Shown here piece after piece: positions 27,424-41,134 of a DNA stretch of 64,000 bases. The first letter of the stretch is position 1. Every line of letters starts with the position of its first letter. Source of the DNA: Mobula hypostoma (lineage: Eukaryota). The notes under the pieces are model-generated. The model had not been told where the DNA came from and did not search any database. It saw only the letters and a program-made list of their open reading frames with translations. The position numbers and the translations under genes were made by a program. Location: the NCBI RefSeq assembly GCF_963921235.1, contig NC_086108.1, positions 73,224,001 through 73,288,000 on the forward strand. The letters run 5' to 3'.

Positions 27424-28176
27424 AAACTGATGTAGACAATCAAAATTATGAGGTGCCCAGAGTGAGTAGATCATAAGAAATTATTCCCCATAATCAAGGT
27501 GTTTATAATCAGAGGGCATAGCTTTAAAGGAAAGGGTAGGAGACTAAGGAGGTTCTAGGAACAATTTTTTGTCCTGAGGTTGTATGGAATTAAGAATAGA
27601 CTGCCTGAGGGAGTGGTGAAGGCTATATTCCTACAGCATTTAAGCAATATTTAGATAAAGACTTGAAATGCCATGTCACAGAAGATCACTAACCAAGTGC
27701 TCAAAAATGGGTTTAACATAGACAGACACTTAATAGTCAGAATGGACACAATGTAGTGAGGGGAAGCCTTTAACTATTATCAAATTGGTCATTATCTTTG
27801 ATATACAGACACAATTAAGAACTATTCAGTATGAGATACCGATCTAGAAATTCAGTTATTCTTTTTAGAGTTAGAAAATGAACTCATCTAAGAACATTAA
27901 ATAAAGCTTATGAAAATATGTAACTTAGTACATTCTAATCCCCTCTGTAATCCTGCAAAATCTGTTCAGATAACTAGGCTCATGTATCCTGTGCCAGGTC
28001 CACTGTGATACAGAACCTAAGTAGAAAATCAGAAGAACGGTATGAGCTGGAGGTCAGTGGCAGAGCTGGATTAGTAAACTTGCTGGTTACACATCCACAC
28101 AACAATTCTGAAGCTTGGCAGCATCTGGGCTGAGAAGTGAGGGCCCATTGCTCTGGAATTTCTGCTCCCACAAAAT

Positions 28177-28800
28177 CACAAGAACACAAGACCATAAAAC
28201 ATGGAGCAGAGTTAGACTATTTGGCCCACCGAGTCTGATCCTCCATTCTATCAGAGCTGACTTATTACCTCTCTCAGCCCGATTCTCCTGCCTTCTCCCC
28301 ACAATATTTGACAGCCTTACTAATAAAGAACCTATCAACCTCCCCTTTAAATATACCCAATGACTTAGCCTCAACAGCCATCTGTGGCATTGAACTCCAC
28401 AGATTCACCACCTTCTGGCTAAAGAAATTCCTCTTTATTTCTGTTCTAAAAGTTGGTCTCTATTCTGAGGCTATGGCCTCTGCTGCTGGACTCCCCCACT
28501 ATAGAAAACATCCTCTTCTCATCCACTCTATCAATGCCTTTCAATATCAATAGGTTTCCATGGGATTCACCCTCATTATACTAAATTCCAGCAAGTACAA
28601 GCCAAGAACAATCAAACACTCCTCATATGTTAACCCTTTCATGCCTGGAAACATTCTCATGAACCTCAGCTTGACCCACTCCAACGCCAGCACATCTTCT
28701 CTTAGATACGGAGCCCAGAACTGCTCACAATGCTCAATGTGCAGTCTGACCATGGCCTTATAAAGCCTCTGCATTACACCCTTGCTTTTACAAACTAGTC
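28177..28800 (-). mobile_element. CR1 3' fragment
   Basis: LYKAMVRLHIEHCEQFWAPYLREDVLALE (ORF 28547-28774) and a CR1-type tail. Confidence 0.85.
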
Positions 28801-29578
28801 TTCATGTTACACTTCAACTCATCTCACTACCTCCAGTTTTGCCCTATCATTTGCCTGCTGTTCCTCACAGTCTCACTGTCTCACCATGCACTGTATCTAC
28901 TTGCATACTGTCTACTTGTATATACGGAAACAAGAGCAGAAGAAAGTAACCTGCCCAACAAGTCAATACTATATGGCTGATCTGCAACAGGCTTCAAGTT
29001 ACAAATCTTTCAAAAATATACAAAGCTCTTCTTTAAGTATCTCCAATAATTTTAAGACCACAATCCTCCAAGACAGAGAACTGAGATTCACCATGCTTTC
29101 AAGAAGAAATATCTTTACATCTTTGTTTTATCTTGTCAGCCTGTCTGTCCGTTTGAGACATTTGAAGCATCTGTTTGAGACAACCACTTGTTTACTTATG
29201 TACTGATTCATTTTCCCAGCCATGGATGGTGAAAAGCAAGGCTATTTTTCTCACAAGCACCATCCGCACCTGATCCACTTTAGCCACATCCAAGTGACCT
29301 GTACACACAGTCTCCAGTCCTGAGGGCTGTTGACTGCTGATGCATTAGCCCCATTCCACATCATCTCTTCAGCTTTGCACTCCACTGGTTACAGTAATTT
29401 ATGTTCCCCCAGACAAGATTTGTAGAACAAAAATAACAAAAACTGAAAGAAAAGAATAATTTGTTTTTAGTGTTTATTAATTTTAAAAATCCAGCCTAGA
29501 CTTGCACCACACAGCTCAATACTTCTCTGTACATTCTGTCCTATTTCATTAGAAAGCCTTTGTCTTTAGACATATGAA

Positions 29579-30133
29579 CAGACATCCCACCTCTCCCAGA
29601 ACTTCCCGGAGTCTCCCGCATATTAATAATGGCTCCCTGATGCCCGTAAATTATATACAATATCACGGAAATCCTTTTTTTTGAGAGCGAGCGAGAGAAA
29701 AGCAAGAGAGAGCGTGAGAGCGACCACGAGAGAGAGCACACGCGAGAGAGAGCGAGAGAGAAAGCAAGAGAGAGAGCGTGAGCGAGAACGCGCCATTGCA
29801 GAGTGTTCCAAAAAAAATATAAAACGTATGTCACCCCAGACTACTCTAAAGTGTACCCCTGCCTAATAGGGGTCAAAATAATGACAGTGTTGCTCGTTGC
29901 ACTGTTTGCAACAGTGATTTTTCTATTGCACATGGTGGGTTAAGACTGTAAAAGACATGCTGAGGTGAGTTTAACAGGTGTAATTCATTCATTAGCATAG
30001 CTAACATTATTTAAACTAGCTGGCCAGCTGCTAAGGAGCTACTCTATTGCAGATATCCCACCTCTCCTGGAAGTCTCCCGCAAATTGATGGTGCTACCTC
30101 CCTGAAATGAGTTTTTGCAGGGTGGGATGTCTG
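29579..30133. mobile_element. Non-autonomous DNA transposon (hAT-like MITE)
   Basis: 13-bp TIR CAGACATCCCACC / GGTGGGATGTCTG. Internal copy of the left end near 30050 and a GA-rich tract. No TSD evident. Confidence 0.65.
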
Positions 30134-30142
30134 ATAATGTTA

Positions 30143-30828
30143 GAGTCATAGTGTCATAGAAAAGTACAGCACAGAAACAGGCCTTTGGCCTAACCAGTCC
30201 ACGTCGAACCATTTAAAACTGCCTACTCCCAGCAACCTGCACCGGGACCGTAGCCCTCCTTGCCCCTACCATCCATGTACCTATCCAAACTTCTCTTAAA
30301 TGTTGAAATCAAACTCTCATGCAGCTCTTATGCTGGCAGCTTATTCCACACTCTCACGACCCTCTGAGTGAAGAAGTTTCCCCTCATGTTCCCCTTAAAC
30401 TTGTCAACTTTCACCCTTAACCCATGACCTCTAGGTGTAATCCCACCCAGTATCAGTGGAAAAAGCCTGCCCGCATTAACCCTATCTATACCCCTCATAA
30501 ATTTGTTTACCTCTATCAAATCTCCTCTCAATCTCCTACATTCCAAGGAACTAAGTCCTAATCTAGTCCCAACGTACTCTTTCCTTATAACTCAGTTTCT
30601 CCAGGTATGGTAACATACTTGTAAATTTTCTCTGCATTCTTTCAATTTTAGTTACATCTGGGTAGGTGACCTAAACTGTACACAGTACTCCAAATTAGGC
30701 CTTATACAACTTCAACACAACTTCCCAACTCATGTATTTAATACTTTGATTTAAGAAGGCCAATATGCCAAAAGCTTTCTTTATGAATCCTATCTACCTG
30801 AGCTGCGACTTCCAATGACTTATGGACC
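30143..30828 (-). mobile_element. CR1 3' fragment
   Basis: RRLRGDLIEV..RGNFFTQRVVRVWNKLP (ORF 30328-30546). Confidence 0.85.
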
Positions 30829-31149
30829 TTTAAGTTTTCCTTCAGTCTGAGTCACTGTAGTGATACAGGTGCCTCCAACTACATTGACACACAGCTGGAC
30901 ATAATTTTAATGTTTTCATGCACGCATGAATTGCCTGCAAATGAGGCAGGCCACTTACTGCACAAAATCTGTCCTTCAGAATCAGGATCAGAATCACTTT
31001 ATTGCCAGTATGTGAAATAGACCAAAATTGATTGTGGTTTGTTGCCAAGCATAAATCACAGGACAATACTTTAACAGACAACAAAATAGCAACCAAGAAT
31101 TCACAAAACAATAGTGCAAACAGCCACGAGCAATCAGCAATTTGTGCAG

Positions 31150-31434
31150 ATGATAATTAGAGATGAAACCAAACCAGATATGAGAAATGTTTCAGTGTTA
31201 TTTAAAGTGGACCTGTCTTGAAAAGGCCCCGGACAGTAAAGTTTGGTGCTGAGAACTTCCTTCACGTATATCTACTTTAAGTTGAAAGCTTAACTCTTGT
31301 GGCTGGTATTCTCCATAGTCTGACTTTCCCTGACTAAACTGAGCAGAAGCCAAAACCTTCCTTTCTAAAAGAAAATGATTCTCTAGTGGACGTCTTGAGG
31401 TCCATTCCACAGCCCATCAATTGATGCCCCAATC
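31150..31434 (-). pseudogene. Candidate decayed exon (5' part)
   Basis: Acceptor tattttgcag|G at 31434. Phase-1 frame GLGHQLMGCGMDLKTSTRESFSFRKEG; an overlapping frame is open for 70 codons (31198-31410). Confidence 0.3.
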
Positions 31435-31652
31435 CTGCAAAATACTCTACTGCTATGACCTCAACCCAGACAGTAGCTTTTGTCCTGCACACAGTATGCA
31501 GAGTCATGGCCAGCCTATATTACTCTGCACACTGCCAAATGATGATTGAAAGGCCTTTGGCCATGTTAATGATGTATGACTATTTTTATAATACATTAGG
31601 CCTTGGGCTAGGTGTACTATAGAAATTCACAACAACAGGTTACAATAAAATC

Positions 31653-33058
31653 CAGTGTGTTGAAAAAAATTCAGCCCCCACAAATACTTTTTTTTACATT
31701 TTACTGCCTTATATTCTAAATTTAAAATATTTTCAAATAGGATGTTTTTTTGAGCTAATCTACAAAGCATTGTACATCATGTCAAAACAAAAAGAATCCA
31801 AAACCTGTCAACAACTTACTAAAAATTAAAAACCAAAATTGTAAAGCTGAAACAATATTCGCCCCTTTTGTAATTACTACATAAACTTTCCTCAGGCGCA
31901 GTACCAACTCACCAAATTTATTATGTAAAACAATTGGAGGATCATCTGAATAAATACACCCTCTCTCTGTAATATCCAATAGTATGGTAGATTTTCAATA
32001 GATCAGACCAAAATAAAGTCAAAAGCGTATTCAAGAAAAGTCAGGGAAGTGATAGAGAAGCACAAATCTGGGAAAGGGTACAAGACTGTTTCAAAGGCAC
32101 CGAACATACCTCGAAGCTCAGTGCAGTCCATTGTGAAAAAGTGGAAAAAATATGAAGCCTCAGCCACACTGACTAGGTAAGGCCGCCCCTCTAAACTTAA
32201 TCACCGGAGAAGAATGATGCTTGTAAGAGAGGCTACTGTGATGCCAACAGTTTCTCTGCGTGAGCTGTAGAAGTCAGTGACTGTAACTGAAGATGAAGTT
32301 CATGTCTCCACAATCTCTAAGGCCTTGCACAGAAAGGGTATTTATGGAAGAGTGGCAGGGAAGAAGCCCTGACTAAAAAAACATATCATTGACCCTAAAA
32401 ACTTTGCAAAGCATCACTTAGAAGACACTGTAAAGATGTGGAAGAAGACCTTGTCATCGGGTGAGACCAAAGTAAAACTTTTTTGCCTTAATACTAAGCG
32501 GTATGTGTGATGTAAATCTAATACAGTGCATCAGCCAGGTAACATCATCCCTTCTGTAAAGTATGGTGGAGATAGCATCATGCTGTGGGGATATTTTCCA
32601 GCAGCAGGGACTGGAAATCTGGTCAGGATTGACAGGAAGATGAACACTGCTAAATACAGAGAGATCCTGGATAAATGCCTGCTAGTCTCTGCCAAAAAGC
32701 TTAAACATTTTGGGAATCATCTTTCAGCAAGACAAAAACCCAAAGCACACTGCCAGAACAACCATGGAGTGGTTTCAAATAAAGAAAATTGATGTCCTTG
32801 AGTGCTGAACTTAAACTGTTCGAACATCTCTGGAAAGACCTCAAGACAGCTATCCACTGCCCCTCCCCAACCAACCTGGCACAGCTTGAACAATTTTGCA
32901 AGGAGGAATGGACAAACCTTGCTCCATGACGCTGTACAAAGCTAATAGAGACATATCCAAAAAGACCACTGGCTGTAATAGCTGCAAGAGGAGGTTCAAC
33001 TAAGTACTGAGCAAATTGGGATGAATACTTTTGAATTGCTGACATTTCAATTTTTAGC
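31653..33058 (+). mobile_element. Tc1/mariner transposon with pseudogenised transposase (~32012-33010)
   Basis: KHKSGKGYKTVSK..SVQSIVKKWK..GRPSKL, SVKYGGDSIMLWGYF, EHLWKDLK and terminal GGSTKY*. IR/DR-type repeats at ~31653, ~31846 and ~33017-33045. Right end cut by a CR1. Confidence 0.9.
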
Positions 33059-33074
33059 TATTTGGAGGCACCCA

Positions 33075-34915
33075 CTAATATAGGCCAAAGTCAGAAATGT
33101 TTCCTAAAAGGGAAATCTTTCCTGACAAATCTGTTGGAATTCTTTGAGGAAATAACAAGTAGAATAGACATAGGAAAGTCAGTGGATGTCCTTCGCTTGA
33201 ATTTTCAGGAGACCTTTGATGAAGTGCCACTGTTAAGCAAGAAAACTTACACTTACTGCCTATAATGCTGCTGGCATTTCCGACAGCAATGATGGTTCTC
33301 TGTCTTTGGTGGTGTTTAGGGCTTCCTTCATCGTGTCAGTACCTTCATCTCAGTTTTCACTATTGTCAGTTCCTGGGTGGAGGCACAGGAATACTGTCAT
33401 GCTCAGATGTAGAAGGATTCTTCATTGCTATTTTCAAAGCAATTTTGTTTTACCAGTCAGGGTTGTTAGCCCTGAGCTGAACCCCTAAGCATGGAGGACT
33501 AGTCTTAGTCTCGCCTCTACCCTCGACCTGTTAGGCATAAGTGACCTACCAAAAGCATAAAGCCTTGACTCCAGCCAACATAGCCCCTTGGGTCATTGAG
33601 GCACCAAAGCCTCCAAACCACAACAAGATTGTGGTCCTCTTGGAGGTGAACAAGAAAAGAGCCCATAGCTTTTCAGGAAAGATACTAACATGGGGAGAAG
33701 ATAGGCTGACTGGTAGGAAGCAAAGAGTGGGAATAAGAAGAGCATTTTCGGTTGGTTGCTGGTAACTCGTGCTGTTCAGATGGGGTTGGTGTTGGGACCA
33801 CTTCTTTTTCATATTATATGTGAATGATTTGGATGATGGAATTGATGGCTTGTGGCCAAGTTTACAGATGATATAAACAGGGCTGAAGAAGCAGGGTAGT
33901 GTTGAGGAAACACAGGGAGTCTGCAGAGGAATTAGACAGATTAGAAGAATGTGCACTTGAGTATATCGAGTATTGTGAGCAGTTTCATCAGATTCAGCAC
34001 CACCCCCACAATATCTTCCTCCATGCTGCTCTTCAATAGCTGACATTTAGGGAGCTCCATAAAATTTCCAAGACAAATTTGACTCAGCATCAAGTAAGAA
34101 AATATTTCAACTGGTTCTCTGAAGTAGATCGTACACAACTTCCTAAAGCAGGAGCTGAGCAGAAGGTTAAGGAGGACAATCCAGAGTTTAGTCTGCACAC
34201 AGCTGAAGGTACAGACACATGTGGTGAGCAAGGAAGATGAAGATGAGAGCTGGAGGAATATGTGCTGCATTGCTAGATGGGGATACGGGCACAATAAAGG
34301 AAGCAACTTAAATGCCAGGCTTACAAAGTTAATGTTGAAGCTTTATAAAGCATTGGTCAGACCATATTTGAAGTATTGTGAGTAGTTCTAGTAGTTTAGA
34401 ACATATCTAAATGATGTGCTGGCATTGGACAAAGTCCAGAGGAGGTCCAGGGAAATGAAGGTCCCGAGAATGAAAGGGTTAATGTTTGAGGAGCACTTGG
34501 TTGCTCTGGACCTGTACTCACAGGAGTCTAGAAGAATAGAGGGGGGGGGGTAATCTCATTGAAACTTATTGAATATTGAAATCCTAGATAGAGTGGATGT
34601 TGAGAGGATGTTTTCTATACTGGGGGAATCTAGGACCAGAGGCCACAGCCTCAGAACAGCAGGACATACTTTTAGAACAGAAATAAGGAGGAATTTCTTT
34701 AGCCAGAGATTGGTGAACCTGCTGCCACAGGTAGCTATGGAGGCCAAGTAATTGAGTATATTTCAAGTAGAGGTTGATAGGTTTTTGATTAGTAAAGATA
34801 TCAAAGGTTATGCAGAAAAGGAAAGAAAATGGGGTTGAGAGTGATAGAATGGCAGAGCAGAGTTGAAGGGCCGAATGACCTAAATGTGTTTCTATGTCTT
34901 ATGGTTTTATGGTCT
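33075..34915 (+). mobile_element. Old CR1 ORF2 3' half with nested insertions (~33247-33645, ~33955-34290)
   Basis: FLKGKSFLTNLLEFFEEIT, RKQRVGI and GESRTRGHSLR..NFFSQR motifs. CAAGAAAA is repeated on both sides of the first insert. Confidence 0.8.
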
Positions 34916-35829
34916 TCTAATCTCTCTCTACCCAGCTTGATGCTACTGTAAATGCTATTAGTAACAAGGGAACTTGGAACTCAAGAAAGGATGTGACTAA
35001 GGTTAAAATTTGACCAAATGTACAAGTATGATCTTGCTTCCCAAGCTTATGCTTATATGAGCTTTTTTTCCTATTAAACCAGATCGTGGAATGCAATTCT
35101 ATTTATGTGCCATGACTTCATTTTGCCAATAATGACCTTAGTGGTTAAGAGTCGATCCAACTTGCATGAGGAACTGTTCACTGGAAGTTAGATATTTTGC
35201 TGAAGGGTATGAGAAAGCAGAGAGAATGGTGATTTTATTAGGAAAGAGATGCATAAAAAGGAAACTAAAAAGGAGACTAATAACATTATAAATATTTCTG
35301 CTGATTATCGACACTGGGTAGCAGGGTGGAGATATGTCTCTACCAAAGAAGGTGTAAGGCACTCCTTCCCTCCACTAGCCTGCAGGTCACCCTTGGGCAA
35401 TGTGTAGCACCCGCTTAGACCCCCAATCAGGGTCACATGAAGAGACGGGAGCAGGTGGCGTATGGTCGTATGAGCACCTGGTGCATGTCTCAGTTCCTGG
35501 TTATCTGACCACTGACACAGGCAGACGAGGTGTGAAGACTATTGATAGTAGCTGGGGTCACCTTTCTCGTAAAGGCCCTGCCCAGAACAAGACAATAGCA
35601 AACCGCTTCTGCGGAAAGATTTCCCAAGAACAATCACGGTCATGGAGAGACCATGATCACCCACGTCATTTAGACACGGCACTTAATGACGGTGATATTA
35701 AAGAAGAACATTTTGGAAGTAGAAATACAAATCCACCATCAATTTGAAGATATGTTTTTAAACTGTTTATAATAATACATGCATCACCTTATTTTCTGTC
35801 TGGGTACCCTCCATACTGATGGTATAAAT

Positions 35830-38800
35830 ATCAATTTCTCTTTCCGGTGAACAAAATTTCCCCACCACCTCCCTTCTTCTGTTCCCCACTCTGACCTTTT
35901 ACTTCTTCTCTCCTACCTATTACTTCCTCTCCAGGGCCCCTCCTCCTTCCCTTTCTCCTATTGTGCGTCCTCCTCTCCAATCGGATTTTTTCTTCTCCAG
36001 CCCTTCCCAACCCCCTGGCTTCACCTATCACCTTCCAGCTAACCTTCTTCCCCTCCCCCTACTGATTAATTCAGGCATCTCCACCCACAACACCACCCCC
36101 CCCCAAGTCCTGAAGAAAACTCTCTACCCAAAACGTCAACTATTTGCTCTTTTCCATAGATGCTGCCTGACCTACTGAGTTCCTCCGGCATTTTGTGTAT
36201 ATTACTCTGGATTTCCAGCATCTGCAGATTTCCTTGTACTTGTGATTTACTGCTCCACTGCAAAGTCTCTTCGAGGGATGCCTTCCCTGGAGAAGTTTAG
36301 ATCTGCCCTTCGATGGGAATTCAGTGGAAGACTCTCTCACTGCTCCCCCTCTGTGACCTCTGCTGCACTCAGACTCTCAGACCATGTGCTCACCCAAACC
36401 GATACCATAGCCAGGTATACTTCCTGGGAGCTTGTAATCGCCGCCATCTTGTGCCAGCAGGTTCCAGAAGTGTTTTCAGGTTTCTCGGTTCGGACCCACT
36501 GAGATCCCCAGGTACACACTTTCAAGTGACTGCTTCTCCCACTGCTGCTCCCTCTGCATTCTACATGCCATCCTTTCCGCCATGCTGAAGTACCTGATGG
36601 CCCTGCCCCAGTTGCTGTCATAGCTCCAGGCCTTTCTCCCCCCCACTGCAATGGACCTGTCTAATACTTTAACCTTCACTGGATCCACACTTTCAACCGT
36701 TGGCTCTTCACCTTTCTCGCATCCAGCAAGGGTCGGAAGATCGTCCATCTCCAGACTGCGGACCCTGCCATTTCCAACTATAGTGGCCCTGAGATCCCTG
36801 CTTCCTCTCATTCAGACCTCGATTCCACTGGTTGCCCCAGATTATGAAACTCTCTGAATCCATCCCCTGCCCCAACAGCTCTGGACACCTCCCTACCAGT
36901 GACACTACCACCACCATCTCCAGTTTCAACAATCCCGAGCAGATTCAGCACCCCTATTCTACCACCGTCAACGCCGGTTCCTACAACCCTGGACACCTTC
37001 AAACGGTTAATTTTCTGTCCTGTAGCTCTGGCTCCAGCCTAGACCTTGACCGCCAACACCACCAGGCCAAGACTTTATGTGCTGCCACTGGACCCCCCCC
37101 CAGTCTCCCCTTCCCCCCACTCCCCCCCCACCACTCTGCAATGCTGTGTCTCTCAGGCCCTCTCCTCATCAAGTCTTGGGGCCTTGGAGTATCCATTTTC
37201 CTCCCACACCTCCTTTCCTGAAAACCCCAACCTTCCCCTCTCCTCAGACAATACCAACTCTCCTCCCCCCTCTGGTCCCAGCTCTCATCCATGCCAGGTC
37301 TTCACAGTTCCCTCTGACCTTCCCTTCTCTGAGGCAGAACGTTTTGTCCTCAGTAAGGGCCTGACCTTTGTCTGCACCTCAGTGTGTTCCACGCCCACCA
37401 TGACGCCGAGCTCTTCCATCGCCTCCATCTCTGAGCCCACTTCTTTGGCAAGGATTCCACACCTCATGCTGATGACACTTCCTCCTGTTTTCAGCCCTCC
37501 TCCTTTTCTTGAACACTCCATTCTGGTTCTCTGCCTGCTCTGGATCTTTTCATCTTTAATTGCCAATGAGACATCAATCGTCTCGATTTCAGCGCTCATC
37601 TCTGCTCCTTCAACCTGAGCCCTTCCAAACATACAGGTATTTGCTCTCTCCGCTCCAATCCCAAACTTACCATCAAACCTGCAGACAAAGGGGGTGCTGT
37701 TGTGGTATGGCACACTGACCTCTACCTTGCTGAGGCCAGGCAACAACTCCCAGACACTTCCTCATACCTAACCCTCAAGGTGGATCCCACTCCACACCAT
37801 CAGAAAACTTTCTCCAAAACCATCACTGACCTAATCAACTCCAGGGAACTCCCATCTATTGCCACCAAACTCATTGTTCCCTTACTCTGCATTGTCTGCT
37901 TCCTCCTCCTACCAAAGATCCACAAACCAGACTGTCCGGGTAGGCCTCTTGTCTCAGCCTGCTCCTGCCCTACTGAAATCAAGTTCTCACATTGCGACTC
38001 CATTTGATCCCCTTTGATTCAATCCCTTCTCACCTACATCCGCGACACCTCAAATGCCCTCATTCTTCTCAGTAACTTTCGATTCCCTGACCCTCATTAC
38101 CTCATCTTCACCATGGATGTTCTGGCCCTATACACTTCTATCACCCATCTGGAAGCCTCAAAGCCCTCTACTTCTTTCTTCACACAGGAACCAACCAATC
38201 CCCCTCCAACACCGCTTTCCTCTGTCTGTCAGAACTGCCCCTCACCCCGAACAATTTTTGCTTTGGCTCCTCCCACTTTCTCCAAACCCGAGGGGTAGGC
38301 ATGGGCCCAAGCTAGGCCTGCCTCTTCATTGGCTCTGTAGAACAGTCTATGTTCGAAGCCTTCCCCAATAATACTCCCCAACTCTTCCTCCACTACACTG
38401 ATGGCCGCATTGGTGTTGCTTCATGCACCTATGCTGAACTCATCAATTTCATCAGTTTTGCCTACAACTTCCACCCTACCCTCAAATTCACTTGGGCTAT
38501 CTCAGACACATCCCTCCCCTTTCTTGATTTCTCTATCTCCATGTCTGGAGACAAACTGTCAGCCAACATCTTTTATAAACCTGCTGATTCCCACAGTTAT
38601 TTGGGCTATTCCTCTTCCCACCCTATCTCCTGTAAAAATGCTATTCCGTTTTCTCATTTTCTTTACCTCCTCCGCATCCGTTCTCAGGATGTGGCTTTCC
38701 ATTTTAGGACATCAGAAATGTCCTTCCTCTCCCAGTGACCCTGCCCTCACATACCCTCCATTTCCCAAACACTCACCCCATCTTCCTGTCACCTTAACAG

Positions 38801-39630
38801 TGATAGAGTTCCTCTTATCCTGACTGAGCACCCCATCAGCCTCTGCATCCAGTGCTCCATTCTCTGCAGCTTCCACCATCTCCAAAGGGAACCTACCACT
38901 AAATAAATCTTTACCTCCACCCCACCGCTTTCTGCGGAGATCGCTCCCTCCGTGATTCCCTTACCCATTCGGCCCTTCCCACTAGTCTCCCTCCTGGAAA
39001 GCGGCCCAAATGCTACATCTGCCCATACACCTCCTCCCTCACCTCCATTTAGGCCCCAGACAGTCCTTCCAGGTAAGGCATCACTTCACCTGTGAATCTG
39101 CTGGGGTCATATATTGTGTCTAGTGCTCCCGACGCAGCCTCCTCTACATTCTCGTTCTGACGTGTCAATCCACGGCCTCCTCTTGTGCCAAAATGAGGCT
39201 AGCTTCAGGGTGGAGGAGCAACACCTTATATTCCATCTGTGTAACCTACAACCTGATGGTATGATTATCGATTTCTCTTTCGGGTGAACAAAATTTCCTA
39301 TTCCCCCCACCCTGACCTTTTACTTCTTCTCATCTACCTATTGCTTCCTCTCCGCAGAGTCCCCCCTCCTTCCCTTTCTCCTATTGTCCACTCTCCTCTT
39401 CCATCAGAATCTTTCTTCTCCAGCCCATGACATTTCCCATCCACCTGACTTCAACTATCACCTTTGAGCCAGCCTTTTTCCCCTCACCCCACTGTTCAAT
39501 TCGGACATTCCCCTGCCCCTTCCCTCTCAGTCCTGAAGAAGGGTCTCGGCCAGAGATGTCGACTGTTCACACTTTTCTGCAGATGCTGCCTGACCTGCTG
39601 AGTTCCTCCAGAATTTTGCATGCATGTGTT
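35830..39630 (+). mobile_element. Near full-length decayed Penelope-like element with direct terminal repeats (pLTRs)
   Basis: SKGLTF, IKPADKGGAVVVW, LPKIHKPDCPGRPLVS, TMDV, PFLD, YKPADSHSYL and GIY-YIG remnant FTCESAGVIYC. 35830-36245 is homologous to 39265-39630. Confidence 0.9.
39528..39565 (+). ncRNA. Degenerate minimal hammerhead ribozyme motif in the Penelope pLTR
   Basis: CAGTC-CTGAAGA-AGGGTCTCGGCCA-GAGA-TGTC-GACTG: stem I and the CUGANGA box are intact, the GAAA box is mutated. Confidence 0.55.
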
Positions 39631-40896
39631 GTAATACACGCTGTGTTTATAAGTAATGTTACTAATAAGCATTTGTAATATATATAGAAAGTAGCTGCAA
39701 AGTTACAAAGCTGTTCTACTTGGATGCTTGAGCCAAACCAAAGACTGTGAAATAGCTAAATGTAAACACGAGAAGTTCTGCAGCTCTCCAGCTTGCGTAT
39801 CAGAACATATTTTGAAGAATCAACAGATCAACAGGAGGGCTCTCAGTTCAGGTCACTGGCGAAGATGAGCCTTAACCGTGAATGTCAGTAAGTCACTCTG
39901 CCACAGAGATATGGCTGATCCCACTCTTGGACTTATACTTTGCAGTATGAATCACCAGAGACAGTAACGAGCAAGTTCCTTTGTGAAGGGGCTTGGGATG
40001 TTTGACTGAAGTAACAACCTGCAGAAACATACTGTTGTTAATGAATCATAGCTGATTCTGCTCTTCTCTTAGTCCAGAAATAATGACATTTACTTTAATC
40101 TGCTGAAGACCCAAAGGAAATTCTGACTATTTGGTTTTAAATGTGTAACAGAAAGGAAATATAATGGTCCTTGAATCATCACTTCATTACTACCAGGGAG
40201 TGTTGCAACTACTGTAAATACTAACATATGTTCTATAAAAAGACACATATATTGCTAAGTATCAAACTTCTCATATGAATCTGGTTAAGTTTTGGCCACT
40301 GACATTCATTTTAAAAGTAAATTTAATTCAGAAACTTAATCATCCTCTTTTTCCAACTAGCAAAGATTTAAAAATAAAATTTATATGATATATGGGACAC
40401 AGCAAATCAAAATCAATGTTAAATTTACTCTAGACTTTGAGACTATATTTTTATTTCACAGTATGTATTTTTAAAGTGAAATATATATTAAGCTCATTTT
40501 TATGTTTTTGCATCCTATATGCTCCACTGGCTATTGTTAAAAAGAAAAGTAACTTCCATGCACATATTCCTCTCAAATATCTTTAAGTGCTTTATATGTA
40601 ATGGTTTACTTCAAAATGTAGTACAATATCAGTAAATAAATGTTATTTATTCACTAAAGACTTCCTTTAAACCCAATCATTGCAAAAGCTCTCCAATAAC
40701 ATCTGGGAGTGCAGCCAGACGTATAAAGTTATTTACCTTTTTAAAGATGTTAAATTGGGCCTTCGGCATTGAGAAGAAATATTAAACCAATTTTCCTCTT
40801 TTTTCATTTCGATTATTGTAGTTTAGTTACCAACAAAAATCTGTTTGTCTTCTTCCCATACAATAAATTCGGAAAAAAGCCCCTAAGGATAGTTAC

Positions 40897-41118
40897 CATG
40901 AGAAACACAATGTATTTTATGGTTATGAGCTCTGATTCAGAATGCCCTTGAAGTGACTCCTGAGTATATAACTGTAGTTTGGGGCAACATTTTCTCTTTC
41001 GTACATTGGAGCGAGCAGCAAACTTCTCTGTAATTTACAGCAGATTCCCAAAAAGGAACTGGCCAGGGAACAGTCAGTGGCTTCACCTCCAAAGGAGCAC
41101 AAACTGCAGATTTGGATG
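40897..41118 (-). pseudogene. 222-nt symmetric phase-1 exon with one in-frame TGA
   Basis: Acceptor tttttcttttcaaag and donor ATG|gtaact. Frame SKSAVCAPLEVKPLTVPWPVPFWESAVNYREVCCSLQCTKEKMLPQTTVIYSGVTSRAF*IRAHNHKIHCVSH, with the stop at 40937-40939. Confidence 0.5.
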
Positions 41119-41134
41119 CTTTGAAAAGAAAAAC

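Noticed and set aside
39720..39895. Plus-strand exon ending CA|gtaagt
   Set aside because: No convincing acceptor or partner exons.
40937..40939. In-frame TGA as selenocysteine
   Set aside because: Other candidate exons contain TAA/TAG stops and frameshifts, and no SECIS was identified.
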